Assembly (NCBI GenBank): GCA_002633005.1
Contig: NMRA01000163.1
Location: 726,455 to 790,454, forward strand
Source of the DNA: Phoronis australis
Lineage: Eukaryota; Animalia; Phoronida
Direction: 5' to 3'
Length of the DNA stretch: 64,000 nt
The notes beneath the pieces are model-generated. The model was not told the origin of the DNA. It worked only from the letters and a program-made list of their open reading frames with translations, and made no database searches. The position numbers and the translations under genes were made by a program. Of this stretch, positions 1 through 12,035 are shown in pieces; position 1 is the stretch's first letter; each line of letters starts with the position of its first letter.

Positions 1-208
1 ACACAGCTGGGCACAATTTTTGAAAAAAGCACTTTTTCTCATGAGAAGCGCCCAAAGGGCACATGTTCAAACCTGATCCGGAATATCCCTAGTAATGTCA
101 TAGTATTCATCTAAGACATTCCTAAAGAGACCGGAAACATGCTATAACAAAATCGCCTATACTTTCTAAGAAACAGCTAACCCTTAATAATTACTAACCT
201 GAACTTAC

Positions 209-907
209 TCCCATAGCCTCCTCCTCTTCTTCGTCACCAATGTCAATCATTTCTGGGCTTTTTGTGTCAAAAATAAATGGTTTGCCAAGCATGTGGTAGT
301 CCTTCATTGTCTGTGTAAGTCGCCTTTGCTTGCGTAACTTTTCAATATTTTCATAGTGCACTTCAGGTACCTCGTCGTCTTCAGACGAGACCGGCGTGGC
401 TGTACTATCAGCGGGGTTGTCATAGATGCAATCAATACTAGAAATTGAAATGGCTTCCTGGTCTCTCGGTGCTATTTCATTATAGATTGGTTCAACTGCC
501 AAACTGCTGTCATCAAAGTCAATTTTAGGGTTCTTGTTTACAACAGCATACACAGGTTGTTCAGGATATACGCCATTACTTTCACTTTCTCCAGAAACTG
601 TTGTGGGGCTTGTTCCCAAAGCAGGACTAACTGACGAATAACTGAAGTGGTCCATGTCACCAGTAGAGTTAGCTTGAGTTAATGATTCCATTATGTTAGC
701 TAAATACTCCGTCACAAAATTCTCGCGTTCAATCTGTGCTTGCAATTCCTCACGCTTTGTGCGACTACAACTGAGGCAATCCTGGACCAACTCCTTGAAA
801 ACGCAATTGTTAGACTCGTCATCAGAGACGAAGCAGGACAGATACGGTGGATCTGTCGTGGGGAACTGACGGCACCATAAGTCTTCAAATTCCTTCTTGT
901 AATTCAT
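209..907 (-). CDS. BCR: BCR-like (breakpoint cluster region RhoGEF/GAP) first coding exon with N-terminal oligomerisation coiled coil; gene continues left of the window
   Basis: MNYKKEFEDLWCRQFPTTDPP...LSCSRTKREELQAQIERENFVTEYL resembles the human BCR N-terminus (F..AW.AQFP.SEPP...LERCKASIRRLEQEVNQERFRMIYL). ATG is at 907. The ORF runs into a GTAAGT donor at 208-203, with an alternative GTTAGT at 198-193. Confidence 0.8.
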
Positions 908-1217
908 ATTGTTCGGATCAAATAGCACTAACAATGAAAAAATTGAAAGTCCCACCTCGTGTGATTCATTGCTGTTTACTTCCTACTTCGAAATACGAGT
1001 AGAGTTACTAGAATTTATACAAAACATTATAGTAGTTTTTTTCCAATCCAAGTTTGTCAAAAAGTCATTAATTGATGTAAATACTGGTTTCAAGCACTAC
1101 AGATAAATATATTTGTGTATTTTTTCTGTATATATGATATAATAGATAGTTTTAGGACATTATATTTTATTTTGCTAATATAAAGACAGCTCTGTTTTGA
1201 TCGCGTTCCAGCTATGA

Positions 1218-1231
1218 CCACCAGATGTCGC
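1218..1231 (+). promoter_or_regulatory. CTCF-like motif upstream of the BCR-like gene
   Basis: CCACCAGATGTCGC is one mismatch from the CCASYAGRKGGCRS consensus. Motif match only. Confidence 0.25.
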
Positions 1232-1399
1232 ACTTTGACGTACTGACCCCTGAGTAACATGATTAATGGGAACTGAAACCAATTTAACGTGCCATATGTC
1301 CCTCGTGATAGAAGAAGCGGCTATTGTCTTCATTAGAAAATCGGCACATCACTATACGAGGGAAGCTGACAGTGAATGTTCTCATGCATACATGATACA

Positions 1400-2300
1400 T
1401 GTCTAAATAAAAATAAAATTCTCAACAAGCATGAATATGGTTTTCGCGCGATTTTACAGTGAGCTTGCTGCTCTTGGAACTTGTTCATAGTTGACAAAAA
1501 TATACTTTCTAGCCAGAGGTCAAAACCCTTTGACAATATTTATCTATCTCTCAAATTAAAGCATATGACACCAGTTCATTTATCACAAAATTCTTCAACA
1601 GAAATTAAAATACTACGGTATTCGCAGCAATGACTAAATACAGTGGTTCGGGTTATTTATCATGTAAAATGCAATACTGAATTCGTATCTGTTGGTAAAA
1701 AAGAATGTTTACCACACTTTACTTGTGTTGTAACATGCTGGGGTTTCCACAACTGCCGTCGACTACAAATATTACAAAAACGTGCTGTTCGAAATATTAC
1801 CTCACCATACTTCCTAGCTCACTGACCCCGACGTTATTTCTGTCACTAAATCTTCTTCCCTTAAACGACATTTTTCACATTTCCTGTCTAAAAATTTTCC
1901 ACAAGTCTTGTAATAAGCCCTTACCCCCATTTTTCGCACTCAGATTCTCATGATGATATCAATCTTGATTCATCCAAACGACAAACACTAATGTCCCCTC
2001 AAGATACGACTATTTTTGTGAACAGTGAACACTTCCACCACTCAAGCCATTATTACCAATACCACTCACAAAACTCAAGAGCCTCCGCAACTTTATTTCT
2101 GAACTTATTAATTGTTATATTATTCCACAAAACACAGTGGAAAGATATCTACTCACTTCATTCACGTCATCTCCTCAGCCACAAATACTCACTTGTTACA
2201 AAACTATTCAGAAAAATGCTCAATATCAAACTGCAGAATCTTTGCATCTCAGCATCCAAAGTCACTCAAGCTTTGAAATTTTAAAAGTAGGCTATTAGAG
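1400..2300 (+). mobile_element. Decayed LINE (CR1/L2-like) ORF2 3' fragment
   Basis: Broken frames contain CWG...LQILQKRAVRNIT..YLAH and LFLSLNLLPLNDIFHISCLKIFHK, typical of the post-RT C-terminus. Upstream YGFR-like remnant; stops and frameshifts. Confidence 0.7.
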
Positions 2301-2584
2301 AGATGTTTCTTACCTATTACTCCTGATTCTTGTTTTCCTGCGCTGTGTAATGACTTCAATGAATCATACAATGATATATTTATGCCTGCCTAGCCAGTTT
2401 CTATTTTTTATTTTTAGTTCTTTTTTACTTTGTAATGTGTTTTTTTATAGTATAATATAATGCGTAACGTATTCATTCGTTTCTTTACTTTGTTGGGCCA
2501 ACTAGGTTATATCATTCTTAAGCTGTACCTTATGTTAGTTTCTCCTATTATTGCATCGGTAGTTTATATTGCATCCGCGAACCC

Positions 2585-2720
2585 GTTTGGCGAAGTGGGC
2601 AAAAAGTCCGCCTCAGAGAAACAAAAATTCCGAGCAAATGAGACAAAAGACAATTAAAAAGGCGACTTCTGAATGTGGTACCCCGTTTTTTTAGTCCTCT
2701 CGCTTTTTTGTCAGCAAAAG
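2585..2720 (-). mobile_element. MITE-family fragment
   Basis: TTTGGCGAAGTGGGCAAAAAGTCCGCCT...GAGACAA is the reverse complement of sequence at ~33740-33812. Confidence 0.55.
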
Positions 2721-3611
2721 GTCCACGTCGCCAGAAATTCGAGACCTTCCCTGTTAAAGGCTGGGTGTACGCAGGTATTTTAATCCCTAGATTTTTCCTT
2801 CTTTACATGTACACATTTTACATAGATATACAGTCATTTTGTTGATACTCAACACAGGTTGCTGTTTCGCTCATGTAGTGAGAGAAAGTGTTGAAACGAA
2901 TACTTAGTTTATTTTTGACTAACTACAAGTGTGGATATAGGTGGCTTTCATGCAAGCGGCTCCTTTTTAGCCTTTTGAAAGTCTCCTTGCCTTGCTTTGA
3001 TATTTTTAAAGTAATCGATGACTATTATATATATAGTCTTCGGGAAACCTTAGTTAGTACTTGTTTACCTTCGACTACTACAAGTCCCACTCTTTTCACT
3101 TTAAGTTGCATGTGCTTAGCAAGTCAAGTAGGAACGACTTGTGTAGATGCATGACTAGGGCCTATAGTCGTCTAGACTTGCCGAGACCAGTCCTTCGGAA
3201 GTTTTCCTGAGTGGATCGGGGCCGCGGTGTTCTCCGAGTCGCAGTCAGCACTGACTGGGTGGTGCTTTAGCTAAGCTGATGCTTAATACTGACATATATT
3301 TTAGTGAACGGTTATCCAATTTAACAGTGTGAAAATAATTATTCGAATAAAAGTATAGAGGCCAGTGCATGCATGCCATCTGTAACAGCTGGGAGTAATA
3401 GTGATACAGAAGTGCCGGGCCGTACACGCACGGGACAGAGAGTGCGCAGCATTTGTCTATGATACTAGCGGGCCATGCATGGTCACCGGAGAATTCAGTT
3501 AATCATAACAGCATGGTCTCCTGGGCAGCATGACAGCACATGCTAGGCGCAGCAATATGAAAACAGTGGGGGCTCGGGCCCCCAGCTCCTTGCCAGTACA
3601 CCTCCCGTAGA

Positions 3612-3743
3612 CCATGGGCGGCGAAACACTGAAAATGTGGGGATATATCCCCCACCAGTCCTCTATGTTGCGCCGCGTATTGTGTACACGCGGTCGGCAT
3701 TGCCAGTGAACTTAACCTGAGTGCACCGAATCGTAAAACTTCA
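3612..3743 (+). repeat. Dispersed repeat, copy 1 (copy 2 at ~6048-6188)
   Basis: Shared AAATGTGGGG..ATA.CCCCCACCAGTC...GTGAACTT.ACCTGAGTGCACCGAAT.GTAAAACTTCA. Confidence 0.7.
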
Positions 3744-3996
3744 TGACGGACCTATTCCTGCCGAAGATTCAAGCCAAAACACAATTAGTTTTGTTAACTG
3801 AAGCGCATTCTCTGCCAACACAATAGAGAATCAGCTGGCTGGGCTGCCTCCGTAAAGAAGGCATCACCAAATTCTCCAACTGAATAGAACTTGTGACCTT
3901 CCCTTTGACCCGGATTTTCATATGGAGGAAAACCAGAAACCTCTTATATGGTAGTTACATTGCATACATTTAATCATATTTCTTTTTGGCCAAAAT

Positions 3997-4204
3997 ATGA
4001 GTACGAACTTTAAAATTTGCGCATATGTAAGCGACGGCATATTTATCGGTTTATTGTCTCCCAAGAAAAAATTCACAATATTGCAATAAGGTGACACAGT
4101 TGTAGAACAGATTATACAGGTACACAAGACACAATAAACCGAAACATCAATCAACATGTTGTTTACATATGCGCTGATTTTAAAGTTCGTACGCATACCT
4201 TTAA
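3997..4204. mobile_element. Short palindromic MITE/foldback
   Basis: GTACGAACTTTAAAAT..GCGCATATGTAA (~4001) is inverted to TTACATATGCGC..ATTTTAAAGTTCGTAC (~4163-4192). The right end is CCTTTAA. Confidence 0.6.
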
Positions 4205-6047
4205 GCCGAATTTAGGTCATGACAGAAATATAATTTTTCACCTATATATTTTTGGTTTCATATTCCAATAAAAGGTAATACATAGTTTTTTTCTGATATA
4301 CATGTACAACCTATCTTAACTGTTCTTTTGCTATTTTGCCAACCAGAATACCAATTACAGTCAATTAACAACTGAATGAATAGTATTAAAAATATTCGTT
4401 TGTTCAGGCTAAAATGCAAAGATCACGACATTACAAGTATACAGTAAATCCGGCTCAAGCACCAACTATTTAATTTTTAATTTATTTTTTAATATTTAAA
4501 ATGAGGGTAGCCTCTTCAGTGACAGGACTGCTTTCAAGGGGGCAATCGACAACACCGATAAAATAATATAACAATAATTAGATACAGGTAACAAAGCAGC
4601 AATTAAAACAGGTTGAGGATGAAATTTTGACCAATAGAGATGAAATAAAAAGATGATACTAGATAGCGAGAGCATGTACAATAATGAAAAATGACATAAT
4701 TAAGGTGTAAGAATGGTTAAGTAAATAACAGCCACGTTTTAATTTTAATATAAAGTTCGACAGTATTAATTGAATTGGACCGTTTAATTTCTGGGATAAG
4801 AGAGTTCCATATCGCAGCAGTAGCATACTAAATAAAAGATCTCTTGCCGATCTCGGATTTCATTTTTTAAAAGGAACATTACCAGTAACGGAAGAACGTG
4901 TAAAGTATATAGCTTAACTGCTACTGAATTTATGGCCGAGATATGTTGGAGCCAAGTCAATGACACATCTATTACACGCAACAGACAGAGATATATTTAT
5001 TTCTTATTATTTTAATTTAAAACAATGTAACATTTCAGATTGCACTAACTTATATCAACATCAGAATTATATAATAATCACCGAAAAAAGTATACAGAAA
5101 ACACCAGCATGGCATGTGCAGAGTGTACAGTAAGTCTAAACATCAATGAAGTATGTACACTGTACAATAATATACTTAGCTCTTTTAATATTATAAACAC
5201 TTGTTTATGTTTAGATCAATTACAAAACAAACAGCAGCAACAAGTCATTGGCCTGGTCCACAACATTAGAAATGAACCTGTGGGTCGCACCAAAAAGAAA
5301 TGAGCAAAGCGTGATATAAAGATACGCCTGGCAACTGCTTCACGAAACTCAACTATTGATAATGTTTGTAAAAATACAAGAGGAATTTAAGAGCATGGCA
5401 GAACCCCTATTCAAAACAACATCAAATGGAGCTGGGAGTTGTCCCACATACACCTTAGTGCAATATATAAAAAAAACTGCAGATTCCCGTTTGAGACGTC
5501 ACACCAACGATATTGTGGGACATGCAGACAGACCTTTGTGAATACTATGTCTCCCACAACGTGCTGTGGGGACAAAAATCACGCCAACGACATTGTGAGA
5601 AAACACAGGCGGACTGCCACAAGCTTGGACTGTAAATTTCAAAAAAATGAATGAAAAAATCACATAGCTTTCATGTACAAAGTTTAAATAACGATGTTCA
5701 TACACCACTTTTCTATAGCACAGCTCAAACTAGCACCAAGCAAACGCCAAGGCACTGGCAGTGGTATATATCGTGTCTACATTTTGAGAACCGGTTTTCT
5801 CGACTGAACAAACGATATCAAACTGGCTCTCAGAATTTTGCATGTAATATAGGACTATTGCAAGGGATACGGCAATTAACCCAATGTGACAAGAACTTTG
5901 AACTGACGTTTGTACCTGGCATTATGTCCTCGCATTATATCACTACTCAGTCTTCTTTAGCTACTTCTCTCATAAATCATTCACGTATTTTATAGTCCTT
6001 GTTTGTTCTCCATCTCGTGTTAAGTAGTTCATTGTGTCATCATCAAC

Positions 6048-6188
6048 CAATGGGCGGCGAAGCAAAATGTGGGGCTATAGCCCCCACCAGTCCCCTATGG
6101 TGCGCCCCCCAAGCAGCATCACGTATAGTGTACACGGTCGGCGCTGCCGGTGAACTTGACCTGAGTGCACCGAATAGTAAAACTTCAG
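6048..6188 (+). repeat. Dispersed repeat, copy 2
   Basis: Direct similarity to 3612-3743. Confidence 0.7.
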
Positions 6189-7396
6189 TTCGCGGGGCTA
6201 TAGTATCGCTCAGAGTTACGGCACCGCCTTCACGAAGTACAAATGTAATCGATTCAAGGTCCATCGTCATTAACAAACTTGACTTTTGGAGCACTTTAAA
6301 TCATTTACTGGTGTCAATTTGCTTTCATACATGTCTTTATATAGTAAACAGTTTTAAAAAAGCGCTGAATTGGTTCAGGCGGCAGGCGTTTTCTTGTTCT
6401 TACCAAAAGTCGCGGAGTGGGCGCAGGTCTTACGTGAGTCAGCGAGGTACCGGTACAGCCAGCCACAACAAAACATGCAACTTAACAGGCATGTTCACTG
6501 ACCTTTTGAAAAATGAAAATACAGTTCCAGATAGCTGTTTTTTACTTTTGATAATTAACTCGCTGGAAAGAAGATTCAGATACATGTACGTCGGTTCACC
6601 ACATACACTGCCGGAAACAAATTGTAACCCTAACGGGTTATTTTCCGTTTAATAAGTAAAAATATAACTTCAAGCAATACCGGTAATTGAGTTCACCCGC
6701 CAGAGGCGCTTATCTGAAGAATTAATTTTCAAACGCCAGGTTAGTGAAAATTAGATCTGCTATACAGTACACGATGCAGCCACCCCCCCCCCCCCCCNNN
6801 NCCCCCCCCCCCCGCCAAGCCCCATAATTTGCTGGAGCCTGGACCCGCACTGTCGCATGCAGATCGTGGGGCAGTCGCGAAAAGAAAGGCATGTAGCTAA
6901 ACATGGAGAAGAGAATCAATTCCATGGAACATTTAAGAACTACTATTGCATCACAGTTTACCTTTTGAGTAACTTGGGGGCATTGTTGTAAGGGTGACCC
7001 ATTTTTGATTCATACGGGTATTTCGAAAAAGCCGACAAAATGTGCAAAGCAAAGCTTTTGCAGGCCATATTAATTAACTATTTTTTTAAATTCAAGAAAA
7101 TAAATTTACTTATTTTTTCTTTTGAAGATCGTCACTAGCTACATTTGTTTGCAGTCACCCTTGTCGAAACCAGACTGACGGGGGTGCGATTTTTTGACGA
7201 GCGTAAATAGTACATGCTCAAAGTACTTTACATATAGTGGCGATCATAAACAAAGATTTCATCGATTTTTGGAGTTCAGCTTAACTCATAAAACCGTATT
7301 AATAGCGTCACATGATGGAATGAGCCAAAATACTTATCGTATTTGGTCTCTTAATTGCTCTCATAAAACCGCCCTCTTAATACATGTATCAGTTCC

Positions 7397-7737
7397 CAGG
7401 TGGCGGATCTAGGATACCATAAGGGGGGCCAACACTTTGTCTCGGGCAATTGCGTAAAGCACGACTGCATGCGCGCACCCAGACCCAGCCTGAAATGAAG
7501 GAGGGCTTGGATTTCTGAGAATGTGGACCTTCTTGTTGAAATGCAACCGCACGACTAAAAAAACAAAAACAGGAGACGCTTCCTGCACCTTCAGTTATTT
7601 CAGGCGCTTCGTCTTTACCAGGGTTAATTCGTAGACTCAGTATTTCCTCACGTTCTTGCTGTCTTCCTGTTTTATTTTTTGGCGGTAGCCATGCAAGGGG
7701 GGTGGGAGGGCCCCCTGCCCCCCCCCCTAAATACGCA
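7397..7737 (+). mobile_element. Non-autonomous DNA transposon/MITE (CAGTGGCGGATC-type end)
   Basis: Begins CAGGTGGCGGATCTAGGATACCAT and ends CCCCCCCTAAATACGC. Homologous to 30742-31035 and 33546-33853. Confidence 0.65.
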
Positions 7738-8225
7738 GGATTCCTTCATCGTGATGAGGATTCTACTTCCGTCACGGCCAACAAGAAAAAAGAAACCATC
7801 ATCATCCACTCAAAAAAAGCTTCAGATGACTGGGGCTGGCGAACCCCGCTAAAACTCTCTTTCTCACTAGCTGTGACGAAAGGTACTAACACGTGGTTCC
7901 TCTTTGGGTCACCAGTGCTAACCCTTGGTACTACTTGAACAAAGTAACATTCGCCGGACATTACCTTTCTACAAAATTGAAAAGAACCTAACTTACGGCT
8001 GCAGTGGACAACAAACCAGAATCCACACCATTTCATGTTCTACATCCCACTCAAGATAACAAGGTGTCAAGTTCTAAAATAACAGGATCAACAACTTTCT
8101 GGATCATGGTCTAGACAAAATGATTTTTCACGACAAACATACAAAGCAGTTGAGCCTGTTCGGTAAAGAAATTTAAATGAAAACTGTCCGGCATTCACAA
8201 TTTTTACCTACAGGCACACGTGATT

Positions 8226-8699
8226 AAGGTTATGTGGGACCCTAGAAATAAAAAAAAAAATCAAATTACGCACCTTTGGCCCACCATATATCAGAAATGG
8301 CTGATCCGATTCATCTGAAATTTTCAGAATCCATATCTGCATAAGAGGTTTGTCAAAATAGCCGTTCCGTGATTTTTACGAAAAAATCCAACTTGCATCA
8401 AGCAATGACAATTTAGACAACAAGTAACAGCGTCATTTAGATTTCATATTTAGCAATTACATCAAATGAAATTTGGTCATTATAGTGACGCTGTTGTTTG
8501 TTGGACGGACCTTTTCTTTTTTGCTAAATCTCACTGCAATGACATGGACACTTACCCAATTAATGTCAGACTTAAAACTTAAAAATCAAACTCTACAGGT
8601 TGTATACCTCCAGAAAATATATACTTTTATTGACATCTAAATATTCTTGTAAGTATTGTAGGCAAAACACAATTAGTCACTAAGGTCCTGCATAACCTT
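8226..8699. mobile_element. MITE with 16-bp TIRs at a TTAA-type site
   Basis: AAGGTTATGTGGGACC (8226) and GGTCCTGCATAACCTT (8684-8699) are a 14/16 inverted match. Confidence 0.6.
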
Positions 8700-10119
8700 T
8701 TACATTACATAGGTAACCAACATGGTTAGCATCTCACAGCAAAGATAATGGCCAAGGGGAGAAATGTGTAGGTTGATTTGGAGACAAAGAATGACAGAAA
8801 ATCAACCACAGTTCGAGACATCACCTGCATTTGTGCATCATGAACAAATGGTTACATTCCTGTTAAAAGCATCTTTTTGTATTACAAATTCCATTTAGTA
8901 AACAAATTGAATTCCCTAACACTGAAAAAATAGATTATTGATAAGAGAATACACACATGTCAATATGTAGAAGCCAATGGGTTACAAAGGAACTGGACAG
9001 GTATGGTTACTAAGATTACAGGGCACCTGAACAAAGAATGTGCACCACAAATTGAGAATTAAAATGATTGGTAAGTCTCAGTTCTTAAACTGAATGCATG
9101 GAAAAACAACAGTGAATGTCCACTAAAAGACAGAAGGATGCTAGAGGGCCAGCAAGCTAAATACATTGTAAAGATGTGGTAACCATAAACAAGATAAATA
9201 GTACAGCCAAATGTGCTGGGTGGCCTGATCGGTAAGAACACATTGGGAAATCCTACAGCAAAAAAGTGCATGATGATGGACATAAGTCACTTAAAGGAGT
9301 CCTGCATTTTCAAAACTAGTTTGATGCCTGTTATTCAGTTGACGAAACAGTGGAAGTTAGCAAAGTTGAAAAAGTAACCCTGGACACACATTAAGTAATC
9401 GCTCTGTGTTATTCACTCACTCTACATAATGTGCCTGCTGTTGAGTGCAGGGCTGCTGTGATTGGATGCCTATTTTCTTACCTCATAGCCAAGAAGAGCA
9501 TTTGTCAGGATGGGAATGTTGTAGGTTTTTCCACAAAACTCTCAATACTTATAATGTATCATATCTTACAAGCATTGGAGGTACAACGCAAGTTTTGGAA
9601 TGTACCATTGAGTTCAAACGTTTGTCTGGCATACATTCCAACTAATGCAAAAGGATTTTCTTAAGGTTTGAATATTTTACAATCATTCCTACTTTTGCAG
9701 TTGAATTTTATGGTTTTCCTCTCTAACTCCTTGTTACTGAATCTACACAAATCACCTGAATACTTACTACCACAACACAAAACTTTGACTACCTTTAAAG
9801 GGACACTCTCACTGAGAAATATGATTTTCTTAGATCAGACTAAGTAGGGATGTGGCTCGTGGAAGTTTTCATTGACAAACTGTGATTACCGAGTATTAGT
9901 AAAGGTTTGCCTATAAGGAGAGAGAAATTGAACAACATCCATACATTTTTGTCACTGAGTCATCATATAGACTAAACACACCTACACAAAAATGCAATAA
10001 ATATTTAAAGACAACAATGAAAATCGCAAAACAGCAGGACATCTAAGAGTTAACCACTTAGCCATCTGCACATGTACTTGTCTTTCATTTCTGGTGACTT
10101 AGATGATTCTCTATGATCA

Positions 10120-10283
10120 TTAACCGAGAAGCTTTCTTATTTGTCTATTTTGGTTTTCAAGCTTTGGCTGTGTTTTGTCTACTGCGGCGTTGATTCGATC
10201 TAACTGTTCATTTTGGTGCACAATCTCTCCTTGAAGATCCACACTAAGACCTTTGAGTCGGTTTAATCCAGCAGAGATGTCAC
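10120..10283 (-). CDS. SNAP29: SNAP29-like SNARE, exon 3 (Qc SNARE helix, stop)
   Basis: TTTTCAG acceptor, phase 1 (G|GT). Encodes DISAGLNRLKGLSVDLQGEIVHQNEQLDRINAAVDKTQPKLENQNRQIRKLLG*. Confidence 0.9.
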
Positions 10284-11209
10284 CTGAAAAAATCACACTT
10301 TTGACATCTATTGGTGGAATGATGACATGACAACTGCAAACAGTTTCACCAGTAGATAAAGAGGGAGTGTATTTCCATGATCTCTTTACATCACAGTAAA
10401 ATTTCACCAATTTCGGACAAAAACAATTGCCACAATTGCATTTTTTTCATTTTTCAAGACTTCTTCAATATTGTTGTGAATGCTCATGAGTTTTCAAAAT
10501 ATTGTCTGTCAGTAGCTATATCACAGCGCTTGAATGTTTATATTCAGTTGGTACTACGCATCACAACACACAGCATCCCTTTTGTTTTAATAAAAAAACT
10601 GTAACCAAAATATTTTGTAAGCAGTAACTCATGTGGTTTTCCTTATACCACTGCCGCAACAAGATGGTCCCATATTACACAGAAACACCTGAATCTCATG
10701 GTATTTACCCACAATACTGCAGTATCTGTCTACCAGTTCTTTAGTAGCCTCATTGTCAGAAGTTGATGGTGGATATTTATTCTGACATTCATTTTCGCAT
10801 CACTGGAATTTCTCATGATATTTTAGGTGCCTTGCTTTTTTAAATTTTACTCGAGTGCATTAACTGTATGGCGACCTTATAATGCCAGCAAAGTTTTAGT
10901 GTTGTGATGTGGGCTATAACTTTGACAGCAGAAAGTTGGATAAACTTGTGAGGATAAGATACTTTTCCGGCATTATTCCCAGAACCAGCTTGGCATTTTC
11001 CACACGAACCCAATAAAACAATGCATTTTCCAACCTCCAAGACAAAAGAGATTTCTGTCCGGGACTGTTCTATTGGAAAATCCAAAATTCAATGCATTAC
11101 AGCTAACTGCATTCAAATGGTCACACTGTGGACAAATTAACAGTTAAGACCATAAAACATCAACTTTTACACTGAGACTATGTATAGTACTGGGTTCCAT
11201 TTAAGTGAC

Positions 11210-11421
11210 GAAAATATTGAGTAAAGATCCCCTTTTGGAACCAAAGAAACATTCCTTGATATGGTAAGTGTACAGCCGTTTCATCCATATATCACGGCCT
11301 TGATTCACCAAAGGCAGAGGGCGCACACGGTGGTGCGTGAGATATGGACGGAACGGCTGTACACTTACCACACCAAGGAACGATTCTTTGGTTCCAAAAG
11401 GGATCTTTTACTCAATATTTT
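11210..11421. mobile_element. Foldback/MITE with ~85-bp inverted arms in SNAP29 intron 2
   Basis: GAAAATATTGAGTAAAGATCCCCTTTTGGAACCAAAGAA...GGTAAGTGTACAGCCGTT is inverted to AACGGCTGTACACTTACC...TTCTTTGGTTCCAAAAGGGATCTTTTACTCAATATTTTC. Confidence 0.8.
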
Positions 11422-12035
11422 CAACTTTCACAATGACATTACATGAGACTTAATTTGCGGTAAAACAGCAATTATTAAAAATTTATTAAAGAAGTAACTT
11501 ACTTTTTGTCTTAGTTGACTTGAAATCAAAATATCTCACAATCTCAATAACATAACTTAATCGGAATCGTGATCTTAAAATTGAATCAAAATTAAAAAAA
11601 CACATACACTGATTTAAGAACATCAGTACACCACAAAATATGACGTTAAAATAAACAAGAGCAACGCAGAGCGTTGAAATGCGCCCACAATTGCACCGCA
11701 TACGGTATCCTTCTAGGGTTGTTTATTGGTACCATAAAGTGGCTAGTAGAGGGCATATATGTGGTATGTTGTACTTTGCAAAATGGAAAGGCATGGTCCT
11801 TGTCTCCTCAATAGGCTAGGGGCAAAATGTGAGCAATCTTCATAATACAAGCACATCCTATACACCAGTTGCTTAAAGCACCACAGAAACATAGCATTAA
11901 AAACAAATTTACCAGCATACGAGATTAGCACAGCATTAGAATGCCAGAAACAAATTTCTACTTGGAACTTTTCCTTCATAGTCACGAAGTAACACAAAGT
12001 ACACACCTGAAGAAAATACAGAGGTCAATGTAAAA

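Noticed and set aside
5999-6652. 217-aa ORF
   Set aside because: Non-ATG start, overlaps a dispersed repeat, and has no recognisable domain or splice context.
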